Assembly (NCBI GenBank): GCA_036553025.1
Contig: JAXKBK010000040.1
Span: forward strand, 1,044-65,043
DNA: 64,000 nucleotides
Origin: Collinsella sp.
Lineage (GTDB): Bacteria; Actinomycetota; Coriobacteriia; Coriobacteriales; Coriobacteriaceae
Direction: 5' to 3'
In this document: positions 53,683-63,387 of the stretch, piece after piece
How the letters are laid out: every line of letters begins with the position of its first letter
How positions within the stretch are numbered: the first letter of the stretch is position 1
The notes under the pieces: generated by a model
The model's database searches: none
The model's input: the letters and a program-made list of their open reading frames with translations, nothing else
What the model was told of the DNA's origin: nothing
Program-made: the position numbers and the translations under genes

Positions 53683-55026
53683 ATGATCGATCGCTATACC
53701 CGCCCGGAGATGGGACACATCTTCTCCCTCGAGAACAAGTACGCCATTTGGCAGGAGATCGAGGTCCTGGCCTGCGAGGCCCAGGCGGAGCTCGGCAAGA
53801 TCGGTATTTCCAAAGACGAAGCCCAGTGGATTCGCGACCACGCCAACTTCGAGAAGGCAAAGGTCGACGAGATCGAGGAAGTCACGCGCCACGACGTCAT
53901 CGCCTTCCTGACCAACATGAAGGAGTATATCGATGCCGACGTTCCCGAGGGCGAGCCCAAGCCCAGCCGCTGGGTTCACTACGGCATGACCAGCTCCGAC
54001 CTGGGTGATACGGCTCTGTGCTATCAGCTCACTCAGGCTTGCGACCTTATCATCGAGGACGTCAAGAAGCTCGGCGAGATCTGCAAGCGTCGCGCCTTCG
54101 AGGAGCGCAACACGCTCTGCGCCGGCCGTACTCATGGCATCCATGCCGAGCCGATGACCTTCGGTATGAAGTTTGGCTCTTGGGCCTGGGAGCTCAAGCG
54201 CGATCTGGACCGTCTTGAGGACGCCCGTAAGAACGTTGCTTTCGGTGCCATCTCGGGCGCTGTCGGCACGTACAGCTCCATCGAGCCGTTTGTCGAGGAG
54301 TATGTCTGCGAGCACTTAGGTCTGGTTCATGATCCGCTGTCCACGCAGGTCATCAGCCGCGACCACCACGCCTATCTTGCCGGTGTGCTCGCTACCACGG
54401 CAGCTACCTGCGAGCGCATTGCGACCGAGGTTCGCAACCTGCAGAAGACCGATACGCTCGAGGCCGAGGAGCCGTTCCGCAAGGGACAAAAGGGCAGCTC
54501 CGCCATGCCGCACAAGCGCAACCCCATCACCATGGAGAAGGTCTGCGGGCTGTCGCGCGTCGTGAAGTCCAACGCTCAGGTCGCTTTTGACAACGTTGCC
54601 CTGTGGCACGAGCGCGACATTTCGCACTCCTCTGCCGAGCGCGTCGCCCAGGCCGATAGCTTCATCGCCCTTGACCACATGTTCCAGTGCCTCATTCGCG
54701 TTATCGATGGCCTGCAGCTGTATCCGGCGCGCATGATGGCCAATCTCAACAAGACCCGCGGCCTCATCTTCTCTTCCAAGGTGCTGTTGGCTCTCGTCGA
54801 CACGGGTATTACCCGCGAGGACGCTTACGCCATCGTGCAGGAGAACGCTATGGCAACCTGGCACGAGGTGCAGGATTGCGTCTCCGGTCCCACCTTTAAG
54901 GAGCGCCTCGAGGCGGATCCGCGCTGCACCGTCAGCCAGGAGAAGCTCGACGAGATCTTCGATCCGTGGGACTTCCTCACCCGCATCGACACGGTCTTCG
55001 ATCGCCTGGAGCAGCTCGAGTTCTAA
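53683..55026 (+). CDS. purB: adenylosuccinate lyase
   Basis: MIDRYTRPEMGHIF, and a fumarate-lyase signature region GSSAMPHKRNP. 447 aa. Confidence 0.95.
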   Translation: MIDRYTRPEMGHIFSLENKYAIWQEIEVLACEAQAELGKIGISKDEAQWIRDHANFEKAKVDEIEEVTRHDVIAFLTNMKEYIDADVPEGEPKPSRWVHYGMTSSDLGDTALCYQLTQACDLIIEDVKKLGEICKRRAFEERNTLCAGRTHGIHAEPMTFGMKFGSWAWELKRDLDRLEDARKNVAFGAISGAVGTYSSIEPFVEEYVCEHLGLVHDPLSTQVISRDHHAYLAGVLATTAATCERIATEVRNLQKTDTLEAEEPFRKGQKGSSAMPHKRNPITMEKVCGLSRVVKSNAQVAFDNVALWHERDISHSSAERVAQADSFIALDHMFQCLIRVIDGLQLYPARMMANLNKTRGLIFSSKVLLALVDTGITREDAYAIVQENAMATWHEVQDCVSGPTFKERLEADPRCTVSQEKLDEIFDPWDFLTRIDTVFDRLEQLEF

Positions 55027-55227
55027 TTGACCGATCGGGGAGGTAGTCAAATCGATCAATTCTCCGCGGCCCTCGTTCGAGTGCGACTTTCCAACACAAG
55101 CCCCGCTCGCAGCTCGCTCTGCCAGCGGGGCTTGTGCATGAGCGCACCTAGAAAGCTGGACGTCAGCGATATATGCGCGTCAACTGTGCTGCTTGCCGAT
55201 AATTTGAGACATCTGACAAACATTACC

Positions 55228-55257
55228 TTGCCGGTAACTGTCGGGGGGGGGTATCCT
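55228..55257 (+). promoter_or_regulatory. putative promoter with a G9 homopolymer inside the spacer
   Basis: TTGCCG (55228..55233), an 18-nt spacer ending in nine G (55243..51), then TATCCT (55252..55257), about 63 nt upstream of the surface-protein start. Confidence 0.35.
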
Positions 55258-55319
55258 TAAGCCAATTTTAAGGTGTGGGAGAATGCTGCGTTTTTTCACG
55301 AGAGATTGGACTTAGGGGA

Positions 55320-58300
55320 ATGAGAAAAGGGTTTTGGAGGATAGCCACAGGCATCTGTGTTGCTTTAACGGCGGCAACGTTTGGGCTGACGGTGGCCGCT
55401 CCGCATGCGGATGCTGTCATGCTGGAGTCGCAGGACGGTTCCATGGGTGCATCGTTTCTCCCATACGATTCGTCTACAGGCGATGTGTGGTCAGAATTTG
55501 ATGTCGCTGTTGGACAGACGGTGAAAGGAAGGCTTTCCTTTTTTAATAAAAATCACGAATGGGCGCACATTGACCCTAGCGATATCGATATCACATCGTC
55601 TGACGAGGATATCGCTAAGGTAAGTTATGAGTCACATAGTTGGGTATTGACAATTAGCCCCACCAAAGTTGGCACAACGACTATAACCCTGAAGAGCAAG
55701 ACCGACGAGAGTTTAAACGGTTCTCTTAAGATTAAAAGTGTGGCTAAAGTCAATCCAATTAAGGTCAGTTTCGTTTCTTACGACCAATCTGGTGCGACAA
55801 CAAACACCGCAACGCTGGGTTACACGGATGATTGTCCGCAAAAATGCGGGAACACGCATTATGCATTACTAGAGGGGAGAGTTGACGTTCGTCCCGTGGA
55901 CGAGAGCCGTGCGGCCACATATTTTGTTATTAAGGAAGACCCCTCAAAGGATTCCAAAGTCCAGGCAAGGGTGAATTCGAATTATTCATCATATGGAACT
56001 TCCGAGCTAAGCGCTTCTTTGCAACTCGAGGCGTTGTCGAAAGATGCTAAAGAGGCCAAGGTTCTTGTCGACTATTGCAACGGTGAAGTTGAGACGAAGA
56101 AGCTATGTGATGTTGTAACCGAGAATCAGGAGCCCGGATTCAATGAGCGTGGGAACAAAAAGCAAAAGATGCTGGTTGGGGACAGCTATTATCTGACTGC
56201 CATTCTCAACGTTTCTCCAAATGAAGTACTGAAGGCATGCCAGCGCGCACATTGGGGTGCGGACTTTGGCGCTGTAACCTATTCTCTGGAAAGCAACGAT
56301 GTCGTTGAGCTTATCGGTGGTGAAAACTCGTTTAAGGCAATAAAGCCTGGCACCGTTAAGGCTCATGCTCGTGATGGCCTTGGCAATGACCATCCCTTTG
56401 AGATAGAGGTTGTCGACCCTGCGGAAGTGAGCCTTTCGAAGGCTAAGTTTGTGTCGAGCGATTATACATTTCCCTGTGAGGTCAGTTCAGATAGTATATC
56501 CAAAGATTGGCTTTGGCTGGAATGTGACAGGGGGTTTGAATATCCAAAGGGCGTGCTGAGTAAAAGCGCTGAGGAATTGATGGACTCCTATGCCGGCGCA
56601 AAGTATTCTTTCACTTCAGATAATCCGGATGTCCTCGAGGTAAAAGGACCGATGTTTAGTGGTGGCAGTTACTTGGGGTATTTAGTGCCTCATAGTTACG
56701 GCGATGCAACGGTTTCAATGTACTTGGGTGGTCGTCTCTGCGACACGATGACCGTTCATGTTGTCAAGCCTGGCGAGGAGCCTGCAAAGACTGCGGTTTC
56801 CATTGCGGACAGCTACTCAACCTCCATGGATAAAGGCACGACTCAGCAGCTGAAGGCAAAGGTCTCCCCTGATGACAAGGCCAGCCAAGTTGTTTGGTCC
56901 TCTTCCAACGAGAGCGTCCTTACCGTCGACGCTAACGGTCTTGTTACCGCTGTCGGTGACGGTGATGCCACGATCACGGCAACGGTTGATGGGGTCTCTG
57001 CAACCACGGATGCGATTACGGTAACCACTCCGGTTGTAAAGGTGTCGGGCGTCAAGCTCAGCGCTTCAAACCTTAAGCTTGCTGTGGGCGGTGAGCCCTC
57101 GACGTTGACCGCAGCGGTTGAGCCCGATAATGCAACGAACAAGAACTTGTCCTGGTCGTCGAGCGATCCTACGGTCGCCACGGTTGCAGACGGCGTCGTG
57201 ACCCCGGTCAAGGCAGGTGTTGCTACGATTACCGTCACCACTGAGGACGGAGAGCATAGCGCCACGTGCAAGGTGACGGTTATTCAGCCTGCTACGGGCA
57301 TCACGCTCGATAAGCAGAAGGTCGTGCTTGTGGGCGCTGCAACCGAGCAGCTTAAGGCGGCGGTCGTTCCCGCGGAGGCTAACCAGACGATTGTCTGGAA
57401 GTCCAGCAACGAAAGTGTCGCTACAGTCGATCAAACCGGAAAGGTGGCGGCTGTCTCCAAGGGCGCCGCAACCATCACCGTTTCGACTGAAGACGGCACC
57501 TATTCTCAGGATTGCGCGGTGACCGTCTCTAATCCCGCAACGAACCTTACGGTCGACCAGAGCGTCCTCGGCCTCAAGAAGGGCGAAGAGGGCACCGTGA
57601 AGGTTTCTCTTGCTGGAACCCTTGCGGGTGAGGTCGACGAGACCAATCTTGCTCTGGATGACACGGGCGCTTCGAAGGCGTTTAAGGTTGTCGACAACGG
57701 TGATGGCTCCTACACCGTTACCGCCCTCAAGACCGGTTCTGGTTCTTTTGTCATCACTGCAGGGTCGCTCTCCCAGACCGTTTCGGTGACCGTGACCAAT
57801 CCCGCCCAAAAGGTTGAGCTCAACAAGACGAGCCTGTCCTTTACCGTCGGTGATGCCTCCACAAAGCTCTCCGCAACGGTGAGTCCTGCCGATGCAGACG
57901 ATACGACGGTGAGCTGGACCTCCAGCGACTCGTCGATCGCCACGGTCAAAGACGGCGTCGTGACGCCGCTTAAGGCCGGTACCGCCACGATTACCGCCAC
58001 CTGTGGCGACAAAACCGCGACCTGCGCCGTTATCGTAGCGGCAAAGACCATTGCAGGCGTTGCGGGTAGCAACGGAACGGACGTTAGCGTAAGCGCCGAG
58101 AACAATGTCGCTGCCGGCATTGCCCAGAACAACAGCATCTCTCTTGTTGTCGAGGAACCGACGGATCTTACCGATGCCGCCAATGCTACGATTTCCGGCC
58201 TTGAGCAGGGGACTACCAAGGTTGCCGATAAGCTCGATATCAAGCTTCTCAAGGACGGCGAGGTTATCGAGGACTACGAAGGCATGTCCTTCATCGTCCG

Positions 58301-58670
58301 TGTCAAGATGACTGCCGCCATGAAGGCGCTCACCAATCTCAAGGTGCTCTACGTTGCCGAGGATGGTTCCACTCAGGCTATGGATACGTGGACCGAGGGC
58401 GACTACCTCTGCTTCCGCACGAGCCACTTCTCGACGTACGTGGTGACGGGCGAGGAGGCCAAGGGGGAGCCGGCTCAGCCTGCGCAGCCCGTGACGCCGT
58501 CCCAACCCGGTCAGCAGACGACGACCAAGGTAACCAAAACGTCCGCTAAGACTACTAAGGGTGCGCTCGCCAACACGGGCGACCAAACCCTTGCCGTCGC
58601 CTTTATTATGACCGTTGTCGGCGCTTCGCTGATTGCCTTCGCGCTTATGCGCAAACGTCTCGAGTGTTAG
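55320..58670 (+). CDS. LAXTG-anchored surface protein with multiple Big_2 (bacterial Ig-like group 2) repeats
   Basis: Signal peptide MRKGFWRIATGICVALTAATFGLTVAAPHADA. There are at least 5 repeats of the type VxWSSSNESVxTVDxxGxVTAVxxGxATITxT. The C-terminus is LANTG plus a TM segment plus RKRLEC. Confidence 0.8.
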   Translation: MRKGFWRIATGICVALTAATFGLTVAAPHADAVMLESQDGSMGASFLPYDSSTGDVWSEFDVAVGQTVKGRLSFFNKNHEWAHIDPSDIDITSSDEDIAKVSYESHSWVLTISPTKVGTTTITLKSKTDESLNGSLKIKSVAKVNPIKVSFVSYDQSGATTNTATLGYTDDCPQKCGNTHYALLEGRVDVRPVDESRAATYFVIKEDPSKDSKVQARVNSNYSSYGTSELSASLQLEALSKDAKEAKVLVDYCNGEVETKKLCDVVTENQEPGFNERGNKKQKMLVGDSYYLTAILNVSPNEVLKACQRAHWGADFGAVTYSLESNDVVELIGGENSFKAIKPGTVKAHARDGLGNDHPFEIEVVDPAEVSLSKAKFVSSDYTFPCEVSSDSISKDWLWLECDRGFEYPKGVLSKSAEELMDSYAGAKYSFTSDNPDVLEVKGPMFSGGSYLGYLVPHSYGDATVSMYLGGRLCDTMTVHVVKPGEEPAKTAVSIADSYSTSMDKGTTQQLKAKVSPDDKASQVVWSSSNESVLTVDANGLVTAVGDGDATITATVDGVSATTDAITVTTPVVKVSGVKLSASNLKLAVGGEPSTLTAAVEPDNATNKNLSWSSSDPTVATVADGVVTPVKAGVATITVTTEDGEHSATCKVTVIQPATGITLDKQKVVLVGAATEQLKAAVVPAEANQTIVWKSSNESVATVDQTGKVAAVSKGAATITVSTEDGTYSQDCAVTVSNPATNLTVDQSVLGLKKGEEGTVKVSLAGTLAGEVDETNLALDDTGASKAFKVVDNGDGSYTVTALKTGSGSFVITAGSLSQTVSVTVTNPAQKVELNKTSLSFTVGDASTKLSATVSPADADDTTVSWTSSDSSIATVKDGVVTPLKAGTATITATCGDKTATCAVIVAAKTIAGVAGSNGTDVSVSAENNVAAGIAQNNSISLVVEEPTDLTDAANATISGLEQGTTKVADKLDIKLLKDGEVIEDYEGMSFIVRVKMTAAMKALTNLKVLYVAEDGSTQAMDTWTEGDYLCFRTSHFSTYVVTGEEAKGEPAQPAQPVTPSQPGQQTTTKVTKTSAKTTKGALANTGDQTLAVAFIMTVVGASLIAFALMRKRLEC

Positions 58671-58704
58671 GGCGCCCTCTCGTTTAAGCGCGACCTTTCA
58701 GTCC

Positions 58705-58743
58705 AAGCCCCGTTGGTAACTCGTTTTACCAACGGGGCTTTTA
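58705..58743 (+). terminator. rho-independent terminator after the Big_2 gene
   Basis: 15-bp stem AAGCCCCGTTGGTAA/TTACCAACGGGGCTT followed by TTTA. Confidence 0.7.
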
Positions 58744-58977
58744 CGTTAAAGACTTCAGCCCGTGTGTCGCGTGCAGTGCGGCGCGTCGGAAACCGCCAGA
58801 TACGCGGTCGGCGCCAACGGCCTGAACGAGGCAGCGGTCGGGGTGCATTCGGGAGCAGCTGAGCTTCGAGTAGGGTTAACCTAATTCGACCGCTCGCGGA
58901 TGCATTTCAACCTTTGGCGCCTTGCCCATCTTGGGTGAGGCGCTTTTTTCGCTGCTGCGGCAGCTCCCGGTAATAAA

Positions 58978-59850
58978 ATGAACCTCTACTGCCATTTCGA
59001 TGAAAAGAGGCGCGTGCCTAGACGTATTAAACGAGTCGTCATCGTCTCGTTCGCGCTCATAGTTCTTGTTGCTGCCTGTACGGCTGTCCTGACGTATACC
59101 GATCGAAATAGTTCTTCCTCGCCGAGTACGGCTGACGAGGATCTCCCTGTGCTCAAAATTGGCGTTACGGATAACGACCCCTATGTGTATGTCGATACCA
59201 CGGGCGATTACGCTGGTATCGATATCGACATCGCCCGCGAGGCCTGCAAGCGTGCGGGGCTCAAGCCACAGTTTGTCGATATTGACTGGAACGATCGCGA
59301 CCGGCTGCTCAAAAACGGTGATATCGATTGCCTGTGGTGTGATTATTCTCCCTGTTATCGCGAGGATAAGTATTACTGGACCGAGCCGTATCTAACCGTG
59401 ACGGTCTCGGTTGCCGCCAAGAAAACGAGTGGCATCAAGTCCTTGGCGCATCTCGATGGAGGCAAGACCATCGCGGTGATTGCGGGCTCGGTGAGCGAAC
59501 GCCGATTGCTCGCAGGGGATCTGGAAATCTCGCCGGACGTGCAAATCAAATCGTATGGTTCTGCCGAGCTCTGCAAAGCCGCCCTCGCCAAAGGGTATGT
59601 TGACTGTTGGATGGCGGACGTTCAATCGCTTGATCGACTCGTCGTCCAGTATCCCGGCGTTTATCGTGTGTTTGCCGACAACGTTATGACGGTTGACCTG
59701 GGCGTTGCATTTGATGTTGCCTATGAGGGAGAGTGCGTCAAAAACCTCAATACCGCGCTGTTCGACATGGATCGAGACGGCACGATAGAGCGCATTGTGG
59801 ACAATTACAAGGCAGGAGCGACGACGGGCGGGCAAGGAGCGGAATCATGA
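58978..59850 (+). CDS. family-3 extracellular solute-binding protein (amino-acid-binding type), membrane-anchored
   Basis: N-terminal anchor VVIVSFALIVLVAACTAVL. LKIGVTDNDPYVYVDTTGDYAGIDIDIAREACKRAGLKPQFVDIDWNDRDRLLKNGDIDCLW is typical of SBP_bac_3. Confidence 0.75.
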   Translation: MNLYCHFDEKRRVPRRIKRVVIVSFALIVLVAACTAVLTYTDRNSSSSPSTADEDLPVLKIGVTDNDPYVYVDTTGDYAGIDIDIAREACKRAGLKPQFVDIDWNDRDRLLKNGDIDCLWCDYSPCYREDKYYWTEPYLTVTVSVAAKKTSGIKSLAHLDGGKTIAVIAGSVSERRLLAGDLEISPDVQIKSYGSAELCKAALAKGYVDCWMADVQSLDRLVVQYPGVYRVFADNVMTVDLGVAFDVAYEGECVKNLNTALFDMDRDGTIERIVDNYKAGATTGGQGAES

Positions 59851-61646
59851 CAAATGACAAACACCGCTTGCGTCGAAAGACTCTGACCGTCATAGCTGTC
59901 AGCGTTATTGTCAGCGCTGTCTTATTAGGCCTGTTGTATGCGGTTGGAACCCATCGCTGCCTCGAAAAAACGCTTGGGTTTGGCCAAGAAACCATGGCGT
60001 TTTTGGAAAACGCTTGCGAAAAATATGACCGCTACGAACAGGGGAGAAAAATCGAGACGACGCACGATTTGCTCGCCGCGGTCGAATCGTTTGCGACGTT
60101 CCTGTCCCCTGATCGCGTTGAGGTTAACAACGATCTTATCGAGCAATTTGTCCATGCCGAGAACCTTTCGGGGTTGATGGTCATGGACTCCGATGGCCAT
60201 ATGGCTGCCCACTACGACATCGATGGTCGCGATCCGCTCATGTTGTGGCGAGAGGAGCTGGCCTGTTCGCCGGTCGCATCGATGTATCAAGGTTCCAAAG
60301 TGTCCTACTCAACTGTCGTCGAGCGCCGTGGTGTTGTGTTTGCCGTCTGTGCTGTTCCGTATGGCGACGGCGTTGCCCTGGCATACCGTTCATTTGTTCC
60401 CGATACGGCGGATGACTATTCATATGCCATAGCCGATGTGCTTGCGAACAACACCTTCCACCAAAGTCCCATGGTGCTTGTTATGGAGGATGCGGAGATT
60501 GTCTCATCCAACAGTGCCGATGCTGACGTGTCGCTCGCCCGACTCCTCACCAGTACAGGAGTTGAGTGGAAAGAAGACGGCCTGACGCGCATCGAATATC
60601 GAGGAGACAAATGGTATGCCGTGCGTGCGGCATATAAGGACTACCGCCTGTTTGCGCTCTATCCCAAATCTGAGGTCATGTCTGACAGGATTTCATTTGT
60701 CGCCGTCGGCGTCTTGGTGTGCCTCGCGTTTTGGGTCGTGGTGCTGTTGGCTCGAAATATCGTTGACCACCGCAATTTGGTCGAAAAGGATAAACAGCTC
60801 GGCATTATCAATGCCATAAGCGCCATCTACGATTCGACCTTCCTTTTGCATCTCGACACCCTCGAGATCGAGGGAATCAATATGTCGCCGGCGATAGCGA
60901 AGATATTCGCCGAGCACAACGAGGCATATGACTTTATGGACACAGTCTGCCGGGATATCGTGAGCCCCGAAAGCCGCGAAGCGGTTGTGGGACTCGTAGA
61001 TATAAGTACGCTTCGTGAACGTATGGAGGGCGTACCATACTTGGCTGCCGAGGTGCGAGATTGTCGAGGCGCTTGGTACTCGCTACAGGTTGTCCCCCAG
61101 CATCGCGATGAGCAAGGCCGGCTGGAGTCGGTTGTCGTGGCGACGCACAACATATCGATGGTCAAGCATGCCGAGGAGCTGTCATACCAAGATAAACTGA
61201 CGGGGCTTCGCAACCGCAACTATCTTGAATCGCGTGGAGATAGCCTGGTAAACGAGGACTTGCCGGTGAGCGTGATTATGGTGGACTGTAATTATCTCAA
61301 GCGGACCAACGACATCTATGGTCACGAGATGGGGGATGAACTGCTGCGACGGACGGCGTCCGTGCTGCGGCGGGTGGCTGGTGCGGATTATCTGCCGATG
61401 CGCGTTGGCGGCGACGAGTTTTTGCTGGTTTGCCCCCATACTGACAACGAGTCTGCGCTCGGGCTGGAACAGGACCTTCGTCTCGGTCTTGCCGCGGTAA
61501 GCGATGAGGCCCTGACGGTCAGCGCATCGATTGGCGTGGCGACCGTCGAGACGGCTGGAAATACGCTGGCCGATGTATATCGCGTCGCCGACCACAATAT
61601 GTATCGTGAGAAGCGCATGGTCCACGTACAGGGTGCGGACTGCTAA
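59847..61646 (+). CDS. membrane sensor diguanylate cyclase (GGDEF)
   Basis: Two TM segments flank an extracytoplasmic domain of about 280 aa. The C-terminus DKLTGLRNRNYL..VIMVDCNYLKRTNDIYGHEMGDELLR..RVGGDEFLLV has an intact GGDEF motif. ATG 59847 overlaps the upstream stop (ATGA). Confidence 0.85.
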   Translation: MTNDKHRLRRKTLTVIAVSVIVSAVLLGLLYAVGTHRCLEKTLGFGQETMAFLENACEKYDRYEQGRKIETTHDLLAAVESFATFLSPDRVEVNNDLIEQFVHAENLSGLMVMDSDGHMAAHYDIDGRDPLMLWREELACSPVASMYQGSKVSYSTVVERRGVVFAVCAVPYGDGVALAYRSFVPDTADDYSYAIADVLANNTFHQSPMVLVMEDAEIVSSNSADADVSLARLLTSTGVEWKEDGLTRIEYRGDKWYAVRAAYKDYRLFALYPKSEVMSDRISFVAVGVLVCLAFWVVVLLARNIVDHRNLVEKDKQLGIINAISAIYDSTFLLHLDTLEIEGINMSPAIAKIFAEHNEAYDFMDTVCRDIVSPESREAVVGLVDISTLRERMEGVPYLAAEVRDCRGAWYSLQVVPQHRDEQGRLESVVVATHNISMVKHAEELSYQDKLTGLRNRNYLESRGDSLVNEDLPVSVIMVDCNYLKRTNDIYGHEMGDELLRRTASVLRRVAGADYLPMRVGGDEFLLVCPHTDNESALGLEQDLRLGLAAVSDEALTVSASIGVATVETAGNTLADVYRVADHNMYREKRMVHVQGADC

Positions 61647-61759
61647 TCTTGCCCCCACCAGTCCAAGCATCGTAGGATGTTGAATCGGTGCTTGCGATAA
61701 TAAGTCGGTCCAGGCGGGGATAATAGACGTCTGAAATTTCTTTCTGAGAGGGGATCTCA

Positions 61760-62023
61760 ATGATTAGTTTTGACTACAAGCCTCAGGGTGTATGCTCTCG
61801 CAATATTCACCTCAATCTCTCTGACGATGGCAGCAAGGTGCTGGGCGTCGAGTTTACTGGCGGCTGCGATGGCAACCTCAAGGCCATCTCCAGGCTGGTT
61901 GAGGGCGCTCCCGCCGATCGCGTAATCGAGGTTCTCGCCGGTAATACCTGCGGTATGAAAAAGACCTCCTGCGCCGACCAGCTTACACGCGCTATCGAGG
62001 CCGCTCGCACCGAGATCGCCTAA
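61760..62023 (+). CDS. TSCPD-domain small protein (TIGR03905-like)
   Basis: CSRNIHLNL..GVEFTGGCDGNLKAISRLVEG..GNTCGMKKTSCADQL. Confidence 0.7.
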   Translation: MISFDYKPQGVCSRNIHLNLSDDGSKVLGVEFTGGCDGNLKAISRLVEGAPADRVIEVLAGNTCGMKKTSCADQLTRAIEAARTEIA

Positions 62024-63234
62024 TGGGTATCGCCGATCACATCAAGAACGGAATATCGCGTCGCGGCTTTGTACTCGGTGGGGCTGCCGCGGGCGCTGCC
62101 ACGGTGCTTGCCGGATGCTCGAAAAAAACGGGCACCAGCGATGATGCCGCCGGCGAGCCGCAGGTTATCAAGGACGATTCCAAGATCATCTCGATTACGG
62201 ATGAGTACGAGGCAGTCGACATCGATCTTGAGCCGGCGGCGTCGTGGACGCTGCCTCTGGGTACGCTGCTGTACTACTGCGACGGCGATTACGCCGCGGC
62301 GATGATGGCGCCCGCATCGGCGCTGCACGCCAACACACTCGGTGTGCTCAACCTGGGTGATGGCTCGCTTACCACATTAATCGAGGATCCTATCGAGGGC
62401 ACGGGATATGCATTCTACGATGTCCGTGCCGGCGACGGCGTATTCGCGTGGGTTGAGATGAACTTTGCCAATTCATCGTGGAAGCTCTACGCTCAAAATC
62501 TGTCGGGCGCTTCGCTCTCTGGCGACGTGGTTGAGCTCGATCGAGGTGGCAAGGACTATGATCCGCCCCTGTTTACGGCGTTCGGGTCATCGGTCATCTG
62601 GTATAAAATGCCTTCGGCAGGCGGCAATAAAACGAGTAGTGATTCGTTTTGCTATCGTCGCTCGCTTGATGAATCCAAGGCCGAGGTAATTTGGAAATCG
62701 ACGGGCCGCTTTGCATCGGCCCCGCGCGCGAGCGACGGCATTTTGACCATCTCGCCGCGTGTCCGCAACGACGAGGGCGTCTACTACGGCATAACGGCAA
62801 TCGATCTGACCGACGGCAACAACACCAAGCGTGCCCAGTTGGTCCTCCCTTCGTCAGTTTCGCCTTTCGAGGCCGTATATATGGGCGATACCTTCGTGTT
62901 TTCTATCGAGGCGGCCTATAGTGGCGTGGGCAGCCTGGGCAATATGGGCACGTATATCGGTAATGAGGGAGGGCCGTACCTCTTCCTGTCACGCGAGCCG
63001 CTCGCATGTGCGGCTGGCAAGAAGAATAAATACCTTGTTAAGGTACAGGCGTCGCATTTCCTGATCGACACCTCTGCCAAGACCTATGGCTCGCTGCTGT
63101 CGCCCGACCGCGCTTTGGAGTATGGCGATTATCCAGCTACGGCGGGAAAATCGGACTCATTCCTTACGTACGCCACGGTGCGCAACAGCCAGGGTATACC
63201 AGAGACGGTCACTGCACGCCTATTCTCTCTTTAA
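62023..63234 (+). CDS. Tat-signal lipoprotein, function unknown
   Basis: SRRGFVLGGAAAGAATVLAGCSKK contains a twin-arginine motif and the lipobox LAGC. The remainder is beta-rich with no recognisable family. Confidence 0.6.
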   Translation: MGIADHIKNGISRRGFVLGGAAAGAATVLAGCSKKTGTSDDAAGEPQVIKDDSKIISITDEYEAVDIDLEPAASWTLPLGTLLYYCDGDYAAAMMAPASALHANTLGVLNLGDGSLTTLIEDPIEGTGYAFYDVRAGDGVFAWVEMNFANSSWKLYAQNLSGASLSGDVVELDRGGKDYDPPLFTAFGSSVIWYKMPSAGGNKTSSDSFCYRRSLDESKAEVIWKSTGRFASAPRASDGILTISPRVRNDEGVYYGITAIDLTDGNNTKRAQLVLPSSVSPFEAVYMGDTFVFSIEAAYSGVGSLGNMGTYIGNEGGPYLFLSREPLACAAGKKNKYLVKVQASHFLIDTSAKTYGSLLSPDRALEYGDYPATAGKSDSFLTYATVRNSQGIPETVTARLFSL

Positions 63235-63387
63235 GCTTAGAGGGGTTAAAAAGGCGCCAACAGGGGAATAAACGCGTTGTAATTGTGAGTACCGCCCGCC
63301 GAGCTGCCGCGTCATAGCGGCATCTGGCGGGCTCAGGTGCGTTAAAATGGGCTTGTTCTTAGCTAATTGAGACAGGGGGGCCGTGTT

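Noticed and set aside
57066-58586. 506-aa minus-strand ORF inside the Big_2 gene
   Set aside because: It is an antisense shadow. The + frame shows clean Big_2 repeats and a sorting signal.
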